The notes: generated from the sequence alone by a model not told the origin. Numbered from the stretch's first letter, positions 23,756-36,206 are shown. The stretch is DNA of 64,000 bases from Epithemia pelagica (GCA_946965045.2 OX337228.1:2666001-2730000); one strand, 5' to 3'. A program made the numbers and translations.

Positions 23756-24730
23756 ATGGACACCGACGCTGATCTCGCTACATTGATTCGTCGAAAGGAT
23801 CATCTGAATGTTTTGCGATTCATTCGAATTTTTGAGTTACGTGAACCAGCTTTGGTCGTCGAGCATGGGAAGGCTTGGCTGGGACCGGAGCTGAGCAGCA
23901 AAGCAGGAAATGCCATTGTCCGTCGAACTGCTCTAGAACAGATCGCTATGGCGGCGCTGGATGTGAATGATTCTGCATTGGCATCTAAATGTCTGGATCG
24001 ATTAAAGCAAAATGAAGGAATACCCTCCGAATCGGTTCGATTCCGCCGGTTGCTAGCCCGATGCTTAGAGGCATCGGGTGACTTGAAAGGTGCCGAATTG
24101 ATTTACAAGGATTTACTAGCAGAAACTGAAACTCCAGCAAATGCGAGTGCTTGGAAGCGTGAATATTGCTTGCAGAAAGCACAGGTCGGACACGATATTG
24201 AGGCTCACGAAGCTTTGGTAAATTATTTGAAGGGCCATCCACAAGATGCAGCAGCTTGGTACGAATTGGCTCAGATGCGCAAGGCGTTGGGCGATTTTCG
24301 TGCCGCCGTGTTTTGCTACGAAGAGGTCATACTCGCCTCCTCTCCGTTAGATGCCACCTTGCATGTAGAGTTGGCGGAATGTTGTGCTTCGGCAGCAGCA
24401 GGAGCTAATGCGAACAAGGGCCCATCATCGTTGGAATTGTTGCTGGAAGCACGACAGCACATGGCACAAGCCTTGGAACTAGATCCGACTCACACACGTG
24501 CCCAATGGGGTTTGTTGCAATGTTCGAATCTTTATTTGCAAGCTGTGAAAGGTGGAAGCAGTAGCAATAAAAAGGAGACTGCGGTCGACCCATTTCAATC
24601 AGAGGTGGCTCAAGCTCTGCTGGAACATGCAGCCGAAGCTTTGCAAAAAACGTACCGCCGAACCACCCTACAAGCAGCTGTCCAGCGACTATGTAAGGAA
24701 TACACTGAAGGAGAAGCTGATGAAATTTAA
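23756..24730 (+). CDS. EMC2: ER membrane protein complex subunit 2 (TPR)
   Basis: 324-aa ORF with EQIAMAALD, SVRFRRLLARCLEASG and DAAAWYELA..AVFCYEEVILA motifs typical of EMC2/TTC35. Confidence 0.85.
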   Translation: MDTDADLATLIRRKDHLNVLRFIRIFELREPALVVEHGKAWLGPELSSKAGNAIVRRTALEQIAMAALDVNDSALASKCLDRLKQNEGIPSESVRFRRLLARCLEASGDLKGAELIYKDLLAETETPANASAWKREYCLQKAQVGHDIEAHEALVNYLKGHPQDAAAWYELAQMRKALGDFRAAVFCYEEVILASSPLDATLHVELAECCASAAAGANANKGPSSLELLLEARQHMAQALELDPTHTRAQWGLLQCSNLYLQAVKGGSSSNKKETAVDPFQSEVAQALLEHAAEALQKTYRRTTLQAAVQRLCKEYTEGEADEI

Positions 24731-24830
24731 AGTCCAGATTGTTGTTCAACGAACATGTGTTCTTCAAAAGTAATAACGAGAAAAGAACACTCATTGTCCG
24801 CTTTTGTGAACATTGAACCCTGGTCTGACG

Positions 24831-26294
24831 TTACTTATTTACGATGGTAAATTGATAAAGTTGCTCTGTCGGAAAGTAGTCCTTAGGATTTGGCCTGTAG
24901 ACTGGATCAACGAAGAAAGACTCCCAGGAGACTTGTCGTTCAATCTCTTTGCTGTTGTCATTGCTTGTGCATACAAGCATATCTTTGTCTTCCCAGAGTG
25001 CGGCCAATGAAGGACCCAGCCAGTCAGGAGCGAATCGTGATCCTTCTCCATTCAACTGCAAGCTGGCACCCAAAGTCGCCGACTGTTCAATCGTGACCAA
25101 CGGATTGACCGAAACACCCAATACATTCAAAGCTTCATCGTCTAGTTCGTCAAACAATTTGTCGGTGCGAACATCCGGTTCAGAAATACTTCCACGAAAG
25201 ACTCCCTTTTTCTTGGCTTTCTGACTTTGACTGTCTGACCCTGATACCCCAGAAACAGCGGAAGAGTCGCTGGCAATACGATAATCTGTACAAAGATGGA
25301 GGGTTGTCTTGAACCATTCCAGCAAAGCAATGGTGGCCTCATTCTTTTCCATTAAGCTCTCTGCCTTACATAGTCGACTTGAGAAAACTTTCTGGGCTTG
25401 TGCCTGTCGCACAATAGCTCGACCCAGCGTTCGTAGGAACTCATCACGAGCGCGATAATTGGTGGGCAACACGTCAGTGGCCGTCCTCCAAATCGCATAG
25501 CTCTTTAGATCAAAGTTTCTGTTCTGACGTTGATGATTGTCCCCGACATCGACACGAGGATCTGAAGATGAGCCAAGAGGCTGACCATCATCAGTAGTGG
25601 GTGACGAAGATGCTGTGCCAGCAGCAAATGCTCGTTGGATGGCAGGATTCCCTTGGTAGGAATCATATTTGGCGTAAATCTCCTTCCCGCTCTCATTTGG
25701 GCCTTTTTCCTTTCTGACTTGGTCAACCAGTAGGGAAAGGGCAGTCGTTTCAAACCAGGCGCAGAAATCCTCGTCAACTGGAGGGGATGTGTCGGAAACC
25801 ACCAATGGGGTCGTTGACACAGTAGTTCCTTCCATGGGATTTCCACCCACTAAATCGCGAAGATAGAACTCCAAATCCAATTCAGCTGCTCCACGAGCCG
25901 CATGGGCCACACCGATACTACCGTCGACACAGCCTAGCACCGTTAGAAAAGAAATTGCCGACGCCAAGCCACGAGCCATTTCCCGACGGCTAAGACTCAG
26001 AAAGATTGACGTCGATTGTGTCTCTTTACTCGAAACATGTCGGTATAGGTCTGGAGATGAAGTCGTCTGGGAGTATTCCCGAGATGAGGAAACGATCGTT
26101 TTGTGTGAGACGAGTCCAGATCCATTCAGGTCCTCCAAGCCCTTCTCTTCGTGACGAGAGGGTTTTGTTCGATGGCATGGTGCCGAGGCTCGCAATGGAA
26201 AGGCCAACGAGACGCAGGGGCGTGGCCATTCCGACACCAACAATATAATAAAGTAAGCGCCTCGCAACTTTGCGCACAGTCGAGGGCGATTCAT
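24831..26294 (-). CDS. Hypothetical plastid (possibly thylakoid-lumen) protein, 487 aa
   Basis: Single ORF. Signal-like N-terminus ending LA-FP, then SRREMARG..hydrophobic..VAHA, resembling a twin-Arg lumenal transit peptide. Mature part of unknown function. Confidence 0.65.
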   Translation of the reverse strand: MNRPRLCAKLRGAYFIILLVSEWPRPCVSLAFPLRASAPCHRTKPSRHEEKGLEDLNGSGLVSHKTIVSSSREYSQTTSSPDLYRHVSSKETQSTSIFLSLSRREMARGLASAISFLTVLGCVDGSIGVAHAARGAAELDLEFYLRDLVGGNPMEGTTVSTTPLVVSDTSPPVDEDFCAWFETTALSLLVDQVRKEKGPNESGKEIYAKYDSYQGNPAIQRAFAAGTASSSPTTDDGQPLGSSSDPRVDVGDNHQRQNRNFDLKSYAIWRTATDVLPTNYRARDEFLRTLGRAIVRQAQAQKVFSSRLCKAESLMEKNEATIALLEWFKTTLHLCTDYRIASDSSAVSGVSGSDSQSQKAKKKGVFRGSISEPDVRTDKLFDELDDEALNVLGVSVNPLVTIEQSATLGASLQLNGEGSRFAPDWLGPSLAALWEDKDMLVCTSNDNSKEIERQVSWESFFVDPVYRPNPKDYFPTEQLYQFTIVNK

Positions 26295-26600
26295 CGCTAT
26301 CTTGTCTCTTGACCCTTTCCACCGGTGTTGACATTTGACATACTGTACGAAGACGGATAGATATTGACTGTTTGGCTATTGGCTGTCGTACGTTTTCCCA
26401 TCCAAATTCCAAATCCCTATCACGCGGATCAGTCGCTTTTGCATGCTACGAGAACTCAATCGAGTTCTCCTAGCAACTACTCCTACTCCTACTTCTGCTG
26501 GAGGAGTATTGAATAGAGTAGTTGTGGCGACGCAGCACGCAGTGATTGCATTTGGAGCACTGGTATTTCGTCTATGGGAGTTAAAGCACTCTTATTTCGT

Positions 26601-27304
26601 CTACAACGAAATGCCAAAATGAGCCTTTGCCTCGTCCCATGCTTGTTGTGTCATTCCGTCCGGCGTGTAAATGCATTTTACGTCAGGGCATGAGCGAGAG
26701 ACATCCCGAATGTTCCCACGTTCGTTGTCGAAAAAACACATTTCATTCCACTGGACTCCTGTTCTATGCTTTAATCGTTGTAGATGGCCTACTTTATTGC
26801 CATAAGAAATTTCGATGCGATCCTCAAAACAGTCCATCAATGTCGTGGCCTCAGATGAAGGCGATGCGGTCATGTCAACGCCTGTAATCACCAAATGGTC
26901 CATACAAGTCTTCGCCCACGAAGGTTCATCGGTCCTTGATGCTACCGCGGCTCTTATTTCGTATCCTTGATTTCGAAGTCGATGAATATCCGACAAGGCC
27001 TGGTTGCTTTTAATGACATGTCAAGTAATGGGTTGTACACAATGAAGTAAGCCGGATGAGATCTCCCACTTGAGAGGTGTGTGTCTGTTCACGAAACTTA
27101 CGCTCCTGGAAACACGCGCATGGGAGAGCCCTCAGGATCAACCAGAATGTGGCCATGTGTTTTGGTTCGTGCTTCTTCCAGAATATCGGATGATAGGCCT
27201 TTCACGGATTCAATGGGAACTAGCTTTGGACGGCCATAGAGCTGGTACATCTCCGGTTGCCACACCGTATAGTCTAAATCAAAAATAGCCAATCGCAGCT
27301 TCAT
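26601..27304 (-). CDS. MDP1: Magnesium-dependent phosphatase 1 (HAD superfamily) (2 exons: 27304-27102, ~27006-26601)
   Basis: AIFDLDYTVW motif I, AVASRT motif II and CFFDNERGNI motif IV. Donor GC|GTAAGT. The acceptor position is less certain. Confidence 0.85.
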
Positions 27305-27774
27305 TCTCTTTGCGTTGAGATTTGAGATTCAATGGACCGTTCAATCGACAGACAGTGGGGTCTCAAAAAAAAAATTGCCATTGCCAGATTATTCACAACT
27401 TCCGGATCCGGATTGGGATCTGTCGTGCGTACGTCAATGGGCTATGGCTATGGTAAGGTAAGGTTCTGTTCTGTAATAGTAACAAATTCTCTAACAAACT
27501 CGAGGAGTAGATCTTAGCTCTAGTACTCGTACTCTCTGCTCTTAAACCTATCGACGTCCCTTTGAACGACTTGACAACAAGTGTGGCGGAATTCTTCACC
27601 TCGCCTCCTGGTTTTCAAACCTCTTTTGTCAACGCGCCGGGTGTCAAGAGTCAAGGTCAATCATAGCACATCGTCTAACAGGATGGTCAGGGGTGGGTCT
27701 GTTATTATTACAGCTAACTCCTCGTAAACAAATGAAGTCATCACTACTCCTAGGATGCGAAGTAACTGCTTCTA

Positions 27775-29088
27775 TTATATTCGAAAGTCCCAGATCCTCA
27801 CATATCCATCATCACCGGCCGAAGCCAGAATAGAACCATCCACAGGATGCCAAACAACGCAATTCACGTCTCCATGATCCGTAACAGCAGATACTTCGGT
27901 CGAAAACAAGGGTCGATCAGACGAACTCTTCGACGCCTCCCGTAGTATATTGATTCGATTATCACCTCCACTTGATGCGATGCGACCGTGACCCACCTTT
28001 GCAGGAGCGTAGTGTACACAATATACCGACGACGAGGGATGCAGATCATCCAGTTTTCCAACACACTTCCACATCCCAGTCAAATCACCTTGTTGAACAA
28101 GGTCAGGAAAGTTTCTTTCCTTTTCTTTCCTTGTGTAGCATTTGTAAATGGATAACGAACCATCGGCTGATCCCGCTAAAAGTCGAGCATCACTGGGTGC
28201 CAGTGTCAAGGACCAGATAGTGGATGAATGGACACCGGAAAGAGTGGCAGCACAGTACCAATCTCCTGCGTCTTCGGCCCAGCATTTAATTGTATCGTCG
28301 TATGATGCTGACAGCAAAATCTCGTCCCCATCTCCCCATTCTCCATGACTGTTTGTGAATCGTAGACTCTTGACATCACCTTGATGCCCGTTCAACACTG
28401 CTAGGCATTCAAACTGGTCACCTGGTGACTCTTGTCCACCAATGGTACCGGGTAAAAAGCATTCCCAAATCCATACAGTTTTGTCGCGTCCGCATGTGGC
28501 CAATAACGTTCCAGTCGCATTCCATCGGACGCATTTGACTTCAGTATCGTGTCCTTCGAGTTGGGCAGTCGATATCCAATCATCGTCAAAGCACGCTCCT
28601 GATCTAGTTGGTTTCCCAGAACGTTCATCTTGCTCATACTGCCATATTCCCACTGTTCCATCAAAAGAAGCAGATGCAAGTATCCACAAACCACTCATAG
28701 TGGGGGCGAAATCGACCGAGCGAATTGTTTTTTCATGGATTCCGGAAAGTGTCGCGTGAAGGACCCATCGCCCGTTTTCACCATCATTATTGTTCGTTGA
28801 AGAGATTGTGCTGGTGGAAGAACCATCACTGCGTTTCCATATTCGAATCACAGGATCGGGACTCCCATGTGCCACTGCCAAGAAGAGGCCATCGCGCGAA
28901 AATGTACATTCCCATGCCGGTTGTCGAGGTGCAAATTCCAAATATGGGGCTTTTGCTGTAGACGGCGAAGGCGCTAGTTCCTCCTGGTTTCCATTTGATC
29001 CACTGCATGGACTACTGGAAAGTCTCTGAAGGGGAGGCGCTAAAATTTGATTGCATACCAAGGACGGATTGCTGGATTGTGTTTGCAT
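27775..29088 (-). CDS. CIAO1: Cytosolic Fe-S assembly WD40 protein CIAO1/CIA1
   Basis: WD40 repeats with HEKTIRSV, LASASFDGTVGIW, LEGHDTEVKCVRW, LATCGRDKTVWIWE, LLSASYDDTIKCW and HGDVNCVVWHP. Confidence 0.92.
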   Translation of the reverse strand: MQTQSSNPSLVCNQILAPPLQRLSSSPCSGSNGNQEELAPSPSTAKAPYLEFAPRQPAWECTFSRDGLFLAVAHGSPDPVIRIWKRSDGSSTSTISSTNNNDGENGRWVLHATLSGIHEKTIRSVDFAPTMSGLWILASASFDGTVGIWQYEQDERSGKPTRSGACFDDDWISTAQLEGHDTEVKCVRWNATGTLLATCGRDKTVWIWECFLPGTIGGQESPGDQFECLAVLNGHQGDVKSLRFTNSHGEWGDGDEILLSASYDDTIKCWAEDAGDWYCAATLSGVHSSTIWSLTLAPSDARLLAGSADGSLSIYKCYTRKEKERNFPDLVQQGDLTGMWKCVGKLDDLHPSSSVYCVHYAPAKVGHGRIASSGGDNRINILREASKSSSDRPLFSTEVSAVTDHGDVNCVVWHPVDGSILASAGDDGYVRIWDFRI

Positions 29089-29406
29089 TGTCAATTTTCC
29101 CAGGAGTTGTCCTTGAAAAATGAACAGATAAATGAGGGGGAGACTGCGGCTATTTTAGGGGCTCTTGAATTGGAAGAGGGAAGTCGTCCCCCGACCCGAA
29201 ACAGGAAAAGCAAAGAGAGATGCCACGTCAGATTCCAGCTTCGAGCTTCTCGATTCCCCGCCATTCTCTCTTATTTGTTCACGCATTTCTACAATTTTTA
29301 CCACATTCATTATTTCACATTTCACATGCGAACACAAAACTTCCGTAACACACATGACAGACACTCACCCAGAAGATTTCCAAGCCGAAGCCCATCAATT
29401 GAAGCA

Positions 29407-32201
29407 ATGGGCGACAACACGACCACAGTGGAGGAGACCGATGTAATAGTACGCCACATCGCAAGCTTCTTATCAATATCAGATGCAGCTTCTTTAATGT
29501 CGAACAAGGAAACCGACGGTCTCCCACATACAGATTCGTGGGCAGTTGGTGTTGATATGGGCTCATTGTCTCCACGCCAAAACGAAACTTGCGGTACATC
29601 TTGGGAGGAACAGTTAATGGCTCCACAGACACCCGCCTTTATATCCGTATCTCCTGGGGCCACGCCCAATTTTGACTTTCCTCGAGATCATCATCATAAT
29701 GACAGACACCCTCATTTTTCACACGAAAGCAATCACGAAGCAATTGACATGAATGACGAGGATTATGACGCTATGGAAGAAATATTATGGGAGCGGAGGA
29801 GGCGGTGGGTGCAGCAAAAACTGGCAGCAGCTGTCTATTCTCATCCAGGATCCGTGAGATCGTTTTGTTTGCAAGCATATCAATCTGCGAGAGATATTCT
29901 CAAGGAAAGAAAAATTAAACAACCAAACGACAGCCTTGAAGACCCTGAAACAGCAATCGAGCCACTTGGTGAAAATGTCGCAATAACACACCGAGGCCCC
30001 AGGAGACGTCGGGTCAAACGCCGGAAATTGGTTGCCGTCATCGTTGAGTCTTTACTCAACAACGTCCCATTGTCTGTTTTTATTGATGTGTTGATAGCTC
30101 TCGGAGAAACTACGCTCGACACCACGTTCGCTTCCTTTACCATAGCCGGCCGTTCCTTGGATGCACTTGTACAAGGCACACTTCGTCTTTTGCAGAGTGT
30201 TTGGAACTGCATTTGCAATTTCAACCCGTTCCAGTTGCTCAATGCAATTGTCTCGTTCCAGTTCAATGCCATGGGCAAAACGAGTGAAGTTCTAGCCAGT
30301 GGTATTCAAAGCGTTGCCACTGGTGTCGGGTCCGCCTCTAGCTTGGCGTTGCATCGGTTATCGGCGGCAAATTTGTCTGTCGCAACCAGAGTGACAGGAG
30401 CTGCATCCTCGTCCTCATTGCGTGTGGAAGGGACGGGTGTTCGGCGTTCACGATCCAGTGCCACGGCGTTGAACGAGAAGCTGCTACGAAAACTGTCAAC
30501 CATGAATGACGCCGCACGAGTCGTGTTATACGTGGAGTCCGAGGATGAGACGGGCGGATTAACGTGAGTGGGAACGTTGCTCATACTCATTCTGAAATGG
30601 TACATGTGTTCTCTGACTGTTTTCATGTTTTGGTGCTCCCAGAAAGCAAGCTAGGTCGAAAGTCCAAAGAATGATGCATTATGAAGTCAGTCTTCGACCT
30701 TTCGTTGCCACTGTTCAAGGGCCCTCTAAGCCACGTGCGACCAGTCCTTTGTCGATGTTGCAACCACCGTCATCTTCATGTAGTTTGCCAAGTGAAGGCG
30801 AAGGATTGTGTCGACAGCCTGATCACAGTGATGCTTCGCCATCTACTCCTTCCTCGCCCTCCCCTTGTGACTCGAACAGCACGAATGGTAGCTCCAGTGG
30901 GTCGTCAAACAATCTTAAGAGTCCATTCATGTACACACCACAGTCATTTCCTCCAAGCCCCCATTCTCGCCAGATTGTAATGGCACGTGGAGGTAGGTTC
31001 GCGGATGATGTAGTTTTCCTCGCCAGGGATCGTCTACGCTTGCATGGCTCTTTAGAAAGTGAAAATGAACGAACCCGAGAGATGGCAAAGCTCTTGCGCG
31101 AGGGAAAGAGACTAGCGGTGTTCAATGCCCGAGATGTTACGAACGGCATTGAGTTAACATGGTACGTGTCCTTTGGTTTACGCGTTACGATATAGTCCAG
31201 CAATGCCTGACTCCAGTTGTTCCCACCATTCATTTCAGTGGACAACATATTGCGACAAAAGTAGGGAATATGCTCTACTGCACAACTCGCAGTATGGTAC
31301 CCGTATTTAGAAACTGGTGAGTCACCCACCCATGGAGTTTTTCTCGCGTTTTTCGTCATCGCTCATATGGTGCAATGTTCCATTTTATGAGCATAGTTTT
31401 GTATATTTTGAAATGACGGTTCTTCCCAGGTCGTTCAGCAATATCACTCTACAACCATCAATGACAACCCTTTCCGTTGGTCTTTCCACCGAAGAGATGC
31501 CGTCGAACGCGCTTGTGGGTGCTTGGCAAGGTAGGGTACAGGAGCGACTGCTTTTGTTGTCTGCCCAGATTCTGACGATTCTGTGTTTGTTTCGACCAGG
31601 ATCCTGCGGACTCTGTACCACGGGACAGATTTTTGCAGGCGGTGAATGGTGTACACCATCGGATCCAGCAGTGGCAGCGTACACCGACGGTGCCACTATT
31701 GGCTGTTTAGTTTATCTCGATGATTCATCTGCGGTCGATACGTGGGAGGGTGTTTTAGTTAATGCCACTGCTACCTTTAATGTGAATGGATTTTTGGTTG
31801 CCTTGTCACCCATGGGAACTGGTCCAAATCGTGCCAACCACTCCACAGAAGCTGCTGCTTCACCGGGAACTGCTTTGCCAAAAGTGGATTCGCCCGTAAC
31901 GATGTCCGCTGGAGATTCGGCCCACGAGGTCGACTCGTCTACTGGAAGCTCTGCCGTTCGTGCTCACGATGCACTGCCAACACAAAGCGTCTCATTGTTG
32001 CGAGATCTGAGTCCTTACACATTGTCAATCAAAGTTCCAGCTGCTGAAGAGTTGTATCCAACAGTTACTCTGCATAGTCCGGCCACCTCAGTCGTGAGTC
32101 GGTTTTCGGCGGAAGATATTGTGGCATCTTCTCGTGATACAATCGGTGCACCCCCAGACGCAACAGTCTATGCAGTTGACGGTAGTGTGATTTTCGAGTA
32201 A
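29407..32201 (+). CDS. B30.2/SPRY-domain protein (5 exons: 29407-30563, 30655-31161, 31239-31316, 31397-31530, 31600-32201; 825 aa)
   Basis: Four GT-AG introns with consistent phases. The spliced C-terminal part reads YCTTRSMVPVFRNCFVYFEM..LSVGLST..LVGAWQGSCGLCTTG..GATIGCLV..ELYPTVTLHS, a SPRY-like pattern. Confidence 0.75.
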
Positions 32202-32250
32202 TGTTCCAAAGCAGTCATACAGGCAATGTTCCTTGGTTGTTACGGCCACA

Positions 32251-33300
32251 TCACAAGCTCATCTTTGACGCTAATGCTTTTCCCACCTTGGACCGGGTGG
32301 GTTGGCCCAATACTTTGGAAATGAATGAGCCTGCCTCCGCAAGTTTCACCAAGTCGATTCCAGTCTCAACGCCCATTCCATTTAGCATGTAAACAACATC
32401 TTCCGTTGCAACGTTTCCTGAAGCACCCGCGGCATAGGGGCATCCCCCAAGACCTGCAACGGAACTGTCAATCGTGCTGATGCCGGCCCGATCAAGCGAA
32501 ATCAGAATATTTGCCAACGCCTGACCGTAAGTATCATGAAAATGGACAGCCAAATCACATGTGCGGTCGGCCCCTACAGCCATTTGAACTGCTTCAAGCA
32601 TCTCGAGGGTCTGCGTAGGTGTACCAACGCCAATCGTATCGCCCAAGGAGAGTTCGTAGCACCCCAGTTCGTTGAACATTTTCTCTGCTAATCTGGCAAC
32701 GGTTGTTGGTGCAATCTTTCCTTCATATGGACAGGCAATCACGCAAGACAGATACCCTCGTATTCGTAGTCGGGGGTGATTCTCTTTCACAACATCTGTC
32801 ACTGCTCTAAAGCGTTCCAAGGATTCGTCAATAGAACAATTAATGTTTCGCTGGGAGAATCCTTCGCTTGCAGATGCAAATATCGCAATTTCATCAACGA
32901 CTTCTCCAGCTTTGACAGCTTGATCTAGACCTTTCAGATTGGGAACTAAGCAGGAAAAGGAAATTTTGCTCTTGTCAATACTGTCGCTGGATTCTTGTTT
33001 CCAATCCTTTAGTCGATTCATGACATCAGACGTGTTCGCCATTGAGGGGACGTATTTCGGGGAGACAAAGGAGCCAGTTTCGATGGCCGTGCAACCAGCC
33101 TCTGCCAACTTTGTTATGAGCTTTACTTTGTCATCCACAGAGATTCTCGAGCTTTCATTTTGTAGTCCGTCTCGTGGACCGACTTCAACGATTTTAACCT
33201 GTTGGCTATACGATCGCTGCATCCATATGGGTGTAGGCACCAGCTTGCCGTTTGTGTACTTCGCAGCTGAGATAAGGCGCCGGAGAATCGACATAGTCAT
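32251..33300 (-). CDS. HMGCL: Hydroxymethylglutaryl-CoA lyase, mitochondrial
   Basis: VKIVEVGPRDGLQNE, SLGDTIGVGTP, AVHFHDTYGQALAN and SSVAGLGGCPYA..GNVATED. Confidence 0.96.
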   Translation of the reverse strand: MTMSILRRLISAAKYTNGKLVPTPIWMQRSYSQQVKIVEVGPRDGLQNESSRISVDDKVKLITKLAEAGCTAIETGSFVSPKYVPSMANTSDVMNRLKDWKQESSDSIDKSKISFSCLVPNLKGLDQAVKAGEVVDEIAIFASASEGFSQRNINCSIDESLERFRAVTDVVKENHPRLRIRGYLSCVIACPYEGKIAPTTVARLAEKMFNELGCYELSLGDTIGVGTPTQTLEMLEAVQMAVGADRTCDLAVHFHDTYGQALANILISLDRAGISTIDSSVAGLGGCPYAAGASGNVATEDVVYMLNGMGVETGIDLVKLAEAGSFISKVLGQPTRSKVGKALASKMSL

Positions 33301-33917
33301 GAACTGTAACTTATCTACTAGTTGTCGGGTTCCGTTTCCAGAAATATAGTGGGATCACGTTACGGATATGTATGTCGATTGCACAAAGTGGCAAGACAAG
33401 AAGCCCCTATGGTGCCGCGGTTGCAGTGGGAGTGGGAATGCAAGCCGAAGTCGGATGTCGGATCGGAACACTACTTCTAGTACCATATCCAAATTCACAG
33501 TCTTGAATTTGTAGAGCGGTCGTGTACACTCTAGTTCTCAGTGGCTAAAAGACTCACCCGGAATAACATGTGCAGTTTGAAAATCCACTCTTCTGCTCTC
33601 AGTAAAAAATTACGCAGGCTCTCTCCTGTGTAGAATCAGTACCAGAGATCAAGGTGCCAGCCAATCCGTTCCCAACGCCCAACATTTCGCGCGAGGCGCA
33701 ACACAAGCCATACCCGCAGCAAGAGCACGACGGGGGAACAGCCAAAGCAGAGTGGCTGTAGTGGAGGTGCTCTTCGAACGATTGTTTAGACTCCTATGCG
33801 AAGCAAGAGCCAAACAATTGAGTTGGTTTTGGGTGATTGTCGAGTTGGAAAGGAAGGAGGCCGTAGGAGCAGGTTGTGGAAAAGGAGAAGTGTAGGAGGG
33901 GCGCGCGTTGGGAAGCC

Positions 33918-35615
33918 ATGGATGAGGAAAAAACGAGAGACAACAGGAGCGCCGAAGAGCAGTATGAAGACTACCAACGCCGAGTCCAGCATCAACAACA
34001 ACAACAACACTATGAACAACAAGTTATGGCCTATGGATACCATCCACAGCACCACATGCATCATCACCATTGGAATGCCCAGCAACAACACCAGATGTAT
34101 TCGGTGCAGCAGCAGCAGCATCTCTACGGTGGGTAAGTCGCACATTTTGGGGACTTTGTGCCAAGCGGCAGGAGGGCAGACGCGCGAATTTTGTTATGAG
34201 GTTTTGGATTCTTGTTTCCCAATGCGCTCGATCCTTGCGTTTTGTGTGCGAACGAGACGAGCCACGTTTTGATCTTTGGGTTTTTGTGGTGCGAGGTCGG
34301 ATGTCGGATTCGTCTGGGGGCGCACAGGCGAAGACCAGCGATCTGACGGCGCACAGCAAGCGTGTAATTCTCACCACAACTCTCCCCGTAAACCTTGAGT
34401 ACTTGAGTTCCGCTTACTCCAACCTCACCGGTGGCTTCTTGCTCTGGGCAGGTACCAATATCCATTGCAACAAATGGAAGGAGTCCCCTTGCCGTTGCCA
34501 CCGGGCATACCCGGTTTGGGAGGATCTACGGATCCTCTCGAGGCAGTGCTTGGACCATTTCCCTGCACACGGCTCAGGAACCTTCCATATGATGCTTCTC
34601 TGGAGGATATTTTACTATTATTTCAAGGTCTGGTTGTTATTGACGTGATTCTTGTGGGGAATGGGGAAGCATTCGTAATTTTTGCGAATCCAATGGATTT
34701 CCAGATGGCTCTTCAGCGGTAAGCTTTCCTTTCCCTTGAAACGATCCAGATTTGGACAGTATTTCTCACCTCATTATTCAATGGATCGGGTCATTTCAGT
34801 GATAGGCAACCAATCGGTCGTCAATTTGTGGAGATATCTGCTGCCACTCGCGACCAGTATTACTCCGCAATTGCAAAGGTATGTTTCCGGAAGATGACCG
34901 AAATTTTATTCCGTGTTCCTTTTCTCATGCGTCTGGTTTTCTCGAATAGCAACACATGCAGGAGCAAGAAGGGGGAAGGCGCATGGACTCATCTGCAGGA
35001 TCGTCAGCTATTGCAAGGGATGAAGCGTCGGGGGAAGATCAGCAGGACAAAAGTATGGGATCAGCGCCAGGGGCACTGTGGAGTGGAGCGGGAGGAGCAG
35101 CACCGCCAACATCGAGCGTCATTCAACCCCTCGGAGCATCTCCGACCTTTTCTGAGCCCATTGTCACGTCTCAGCAGCAGATTTCTCAACAACAGCAGCT
35201 TATTTCGCAGCAACAACAACATGCGCTGCCTCCCGGAATTGTTATGAGCGGAAGGGGAACGAGTGGATCGTCCCGCCCGTCTTTGCACGCTCCGTTGCAG
35301 AAGCGTTCCGGAGGAGGTATCCAGGTTGGTGAACATACTGGATTCCTCCGCATGCGTGGTTTACCGTTCAGTTCTTCGAAAGAGGATATTTTTCATTTCT
35401 TTGAGGGTTACAATCCTATGCAGGACAGTATCGTACTTACATACCGCAATGATGGACGTGCTACGGGTGAAGCATACGTCGGTTTTGCCACACCGGAGGA
35501 TGCTAAACGCGCGATGGAGTTGCACCGCCGTATGATGGGTTCTCGTTATATTGAACTTTTTATCAGCAACAAGGATGAACAAGGACGTGCACTTGCTCGT
35601 TTTGGAAATCGTTAA
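33918..35615 (+). CDS. hnRNP F/H-like quasi-RRM RNA-binding protein (4 exons: 33918-34132, 34452-34718, 34800-34878, 34950-35615)
   Basis: qRRM motifs CTRLRNLPY..GEAFVIF..RQFVEI and LRMRGLPFS..GRATGEAYVGF..MGSRYIELF. Intron phases are consistent. Confidence 0.85.
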
Positions 35616-35933
35616 ATCTATGGTTCTGGTGGAATTCATACTGGTCTATTGAGTTGTTAAAAGGCTTGCGGAATTTAGAACATGGACATGCGGATGATTC
35701 AATGAAGTGATATCCTTGGCGGAATCGCTCACAATGAGGCCATCCTGGTTTTCATGATGATAGACTAAGCTAAAGTGGGGGAGTGCCGAATATATGATTG
35801 AGGTTTTATCTAGGTCCTTTTGGTATATGAGGGTCGTTATTCCTACTCGTCGTGATTGTGACAATCGTTGTGTTTACATTTTACATTAAAAGATTTTGTG
35901 GCCTATCGAGAAACAGGCCATTGGGGTTCAACC

Positions 35934-36206
35934 TTAGAACCCAAAAACAGCGCGAACTAGAATTACCCCCAAACTTACTCCCACTCCAGCAAGTGCGTAG
36001 GAGGCCAAAGAAGATCCTAACGATTCTTGATTTTGTTGGCTGGGTTCAAATGGCAGGGGTTGGGCCGGTGGTGGGGGCGGTGCCGATACCGGATGCCCAC
36101 CACCCAAAGAATTCTTTACAGCTGGAACCGCCTTCTTCTTTCTCGGGTCGCGCACAATGGTTCTGCTTGCTTGGTTTGCAAGGTTGTATGCAGATCTCCG
36201 AAACAT
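35934..36206 (-). CDS. Small protein (90 aa), Arg-rich N-terminus and C-terminal hydrophobic helix, probably mitochondrial membrane
   Basis: MFRRSAYNLA presequence-like start, Pro-rich linker and SLASYALAGVGVSLGVILVRAVFGF helix. Confidence 0.6.
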   Translation of the reverse strand: MFRRSAYNLANQASRTIVRDPRKKKAVPAVKNSLGGGHPVSAPPPPPAQPLPFEPSQQNQESLGSSLASYALAGVGVSLGVILVRAVFGF

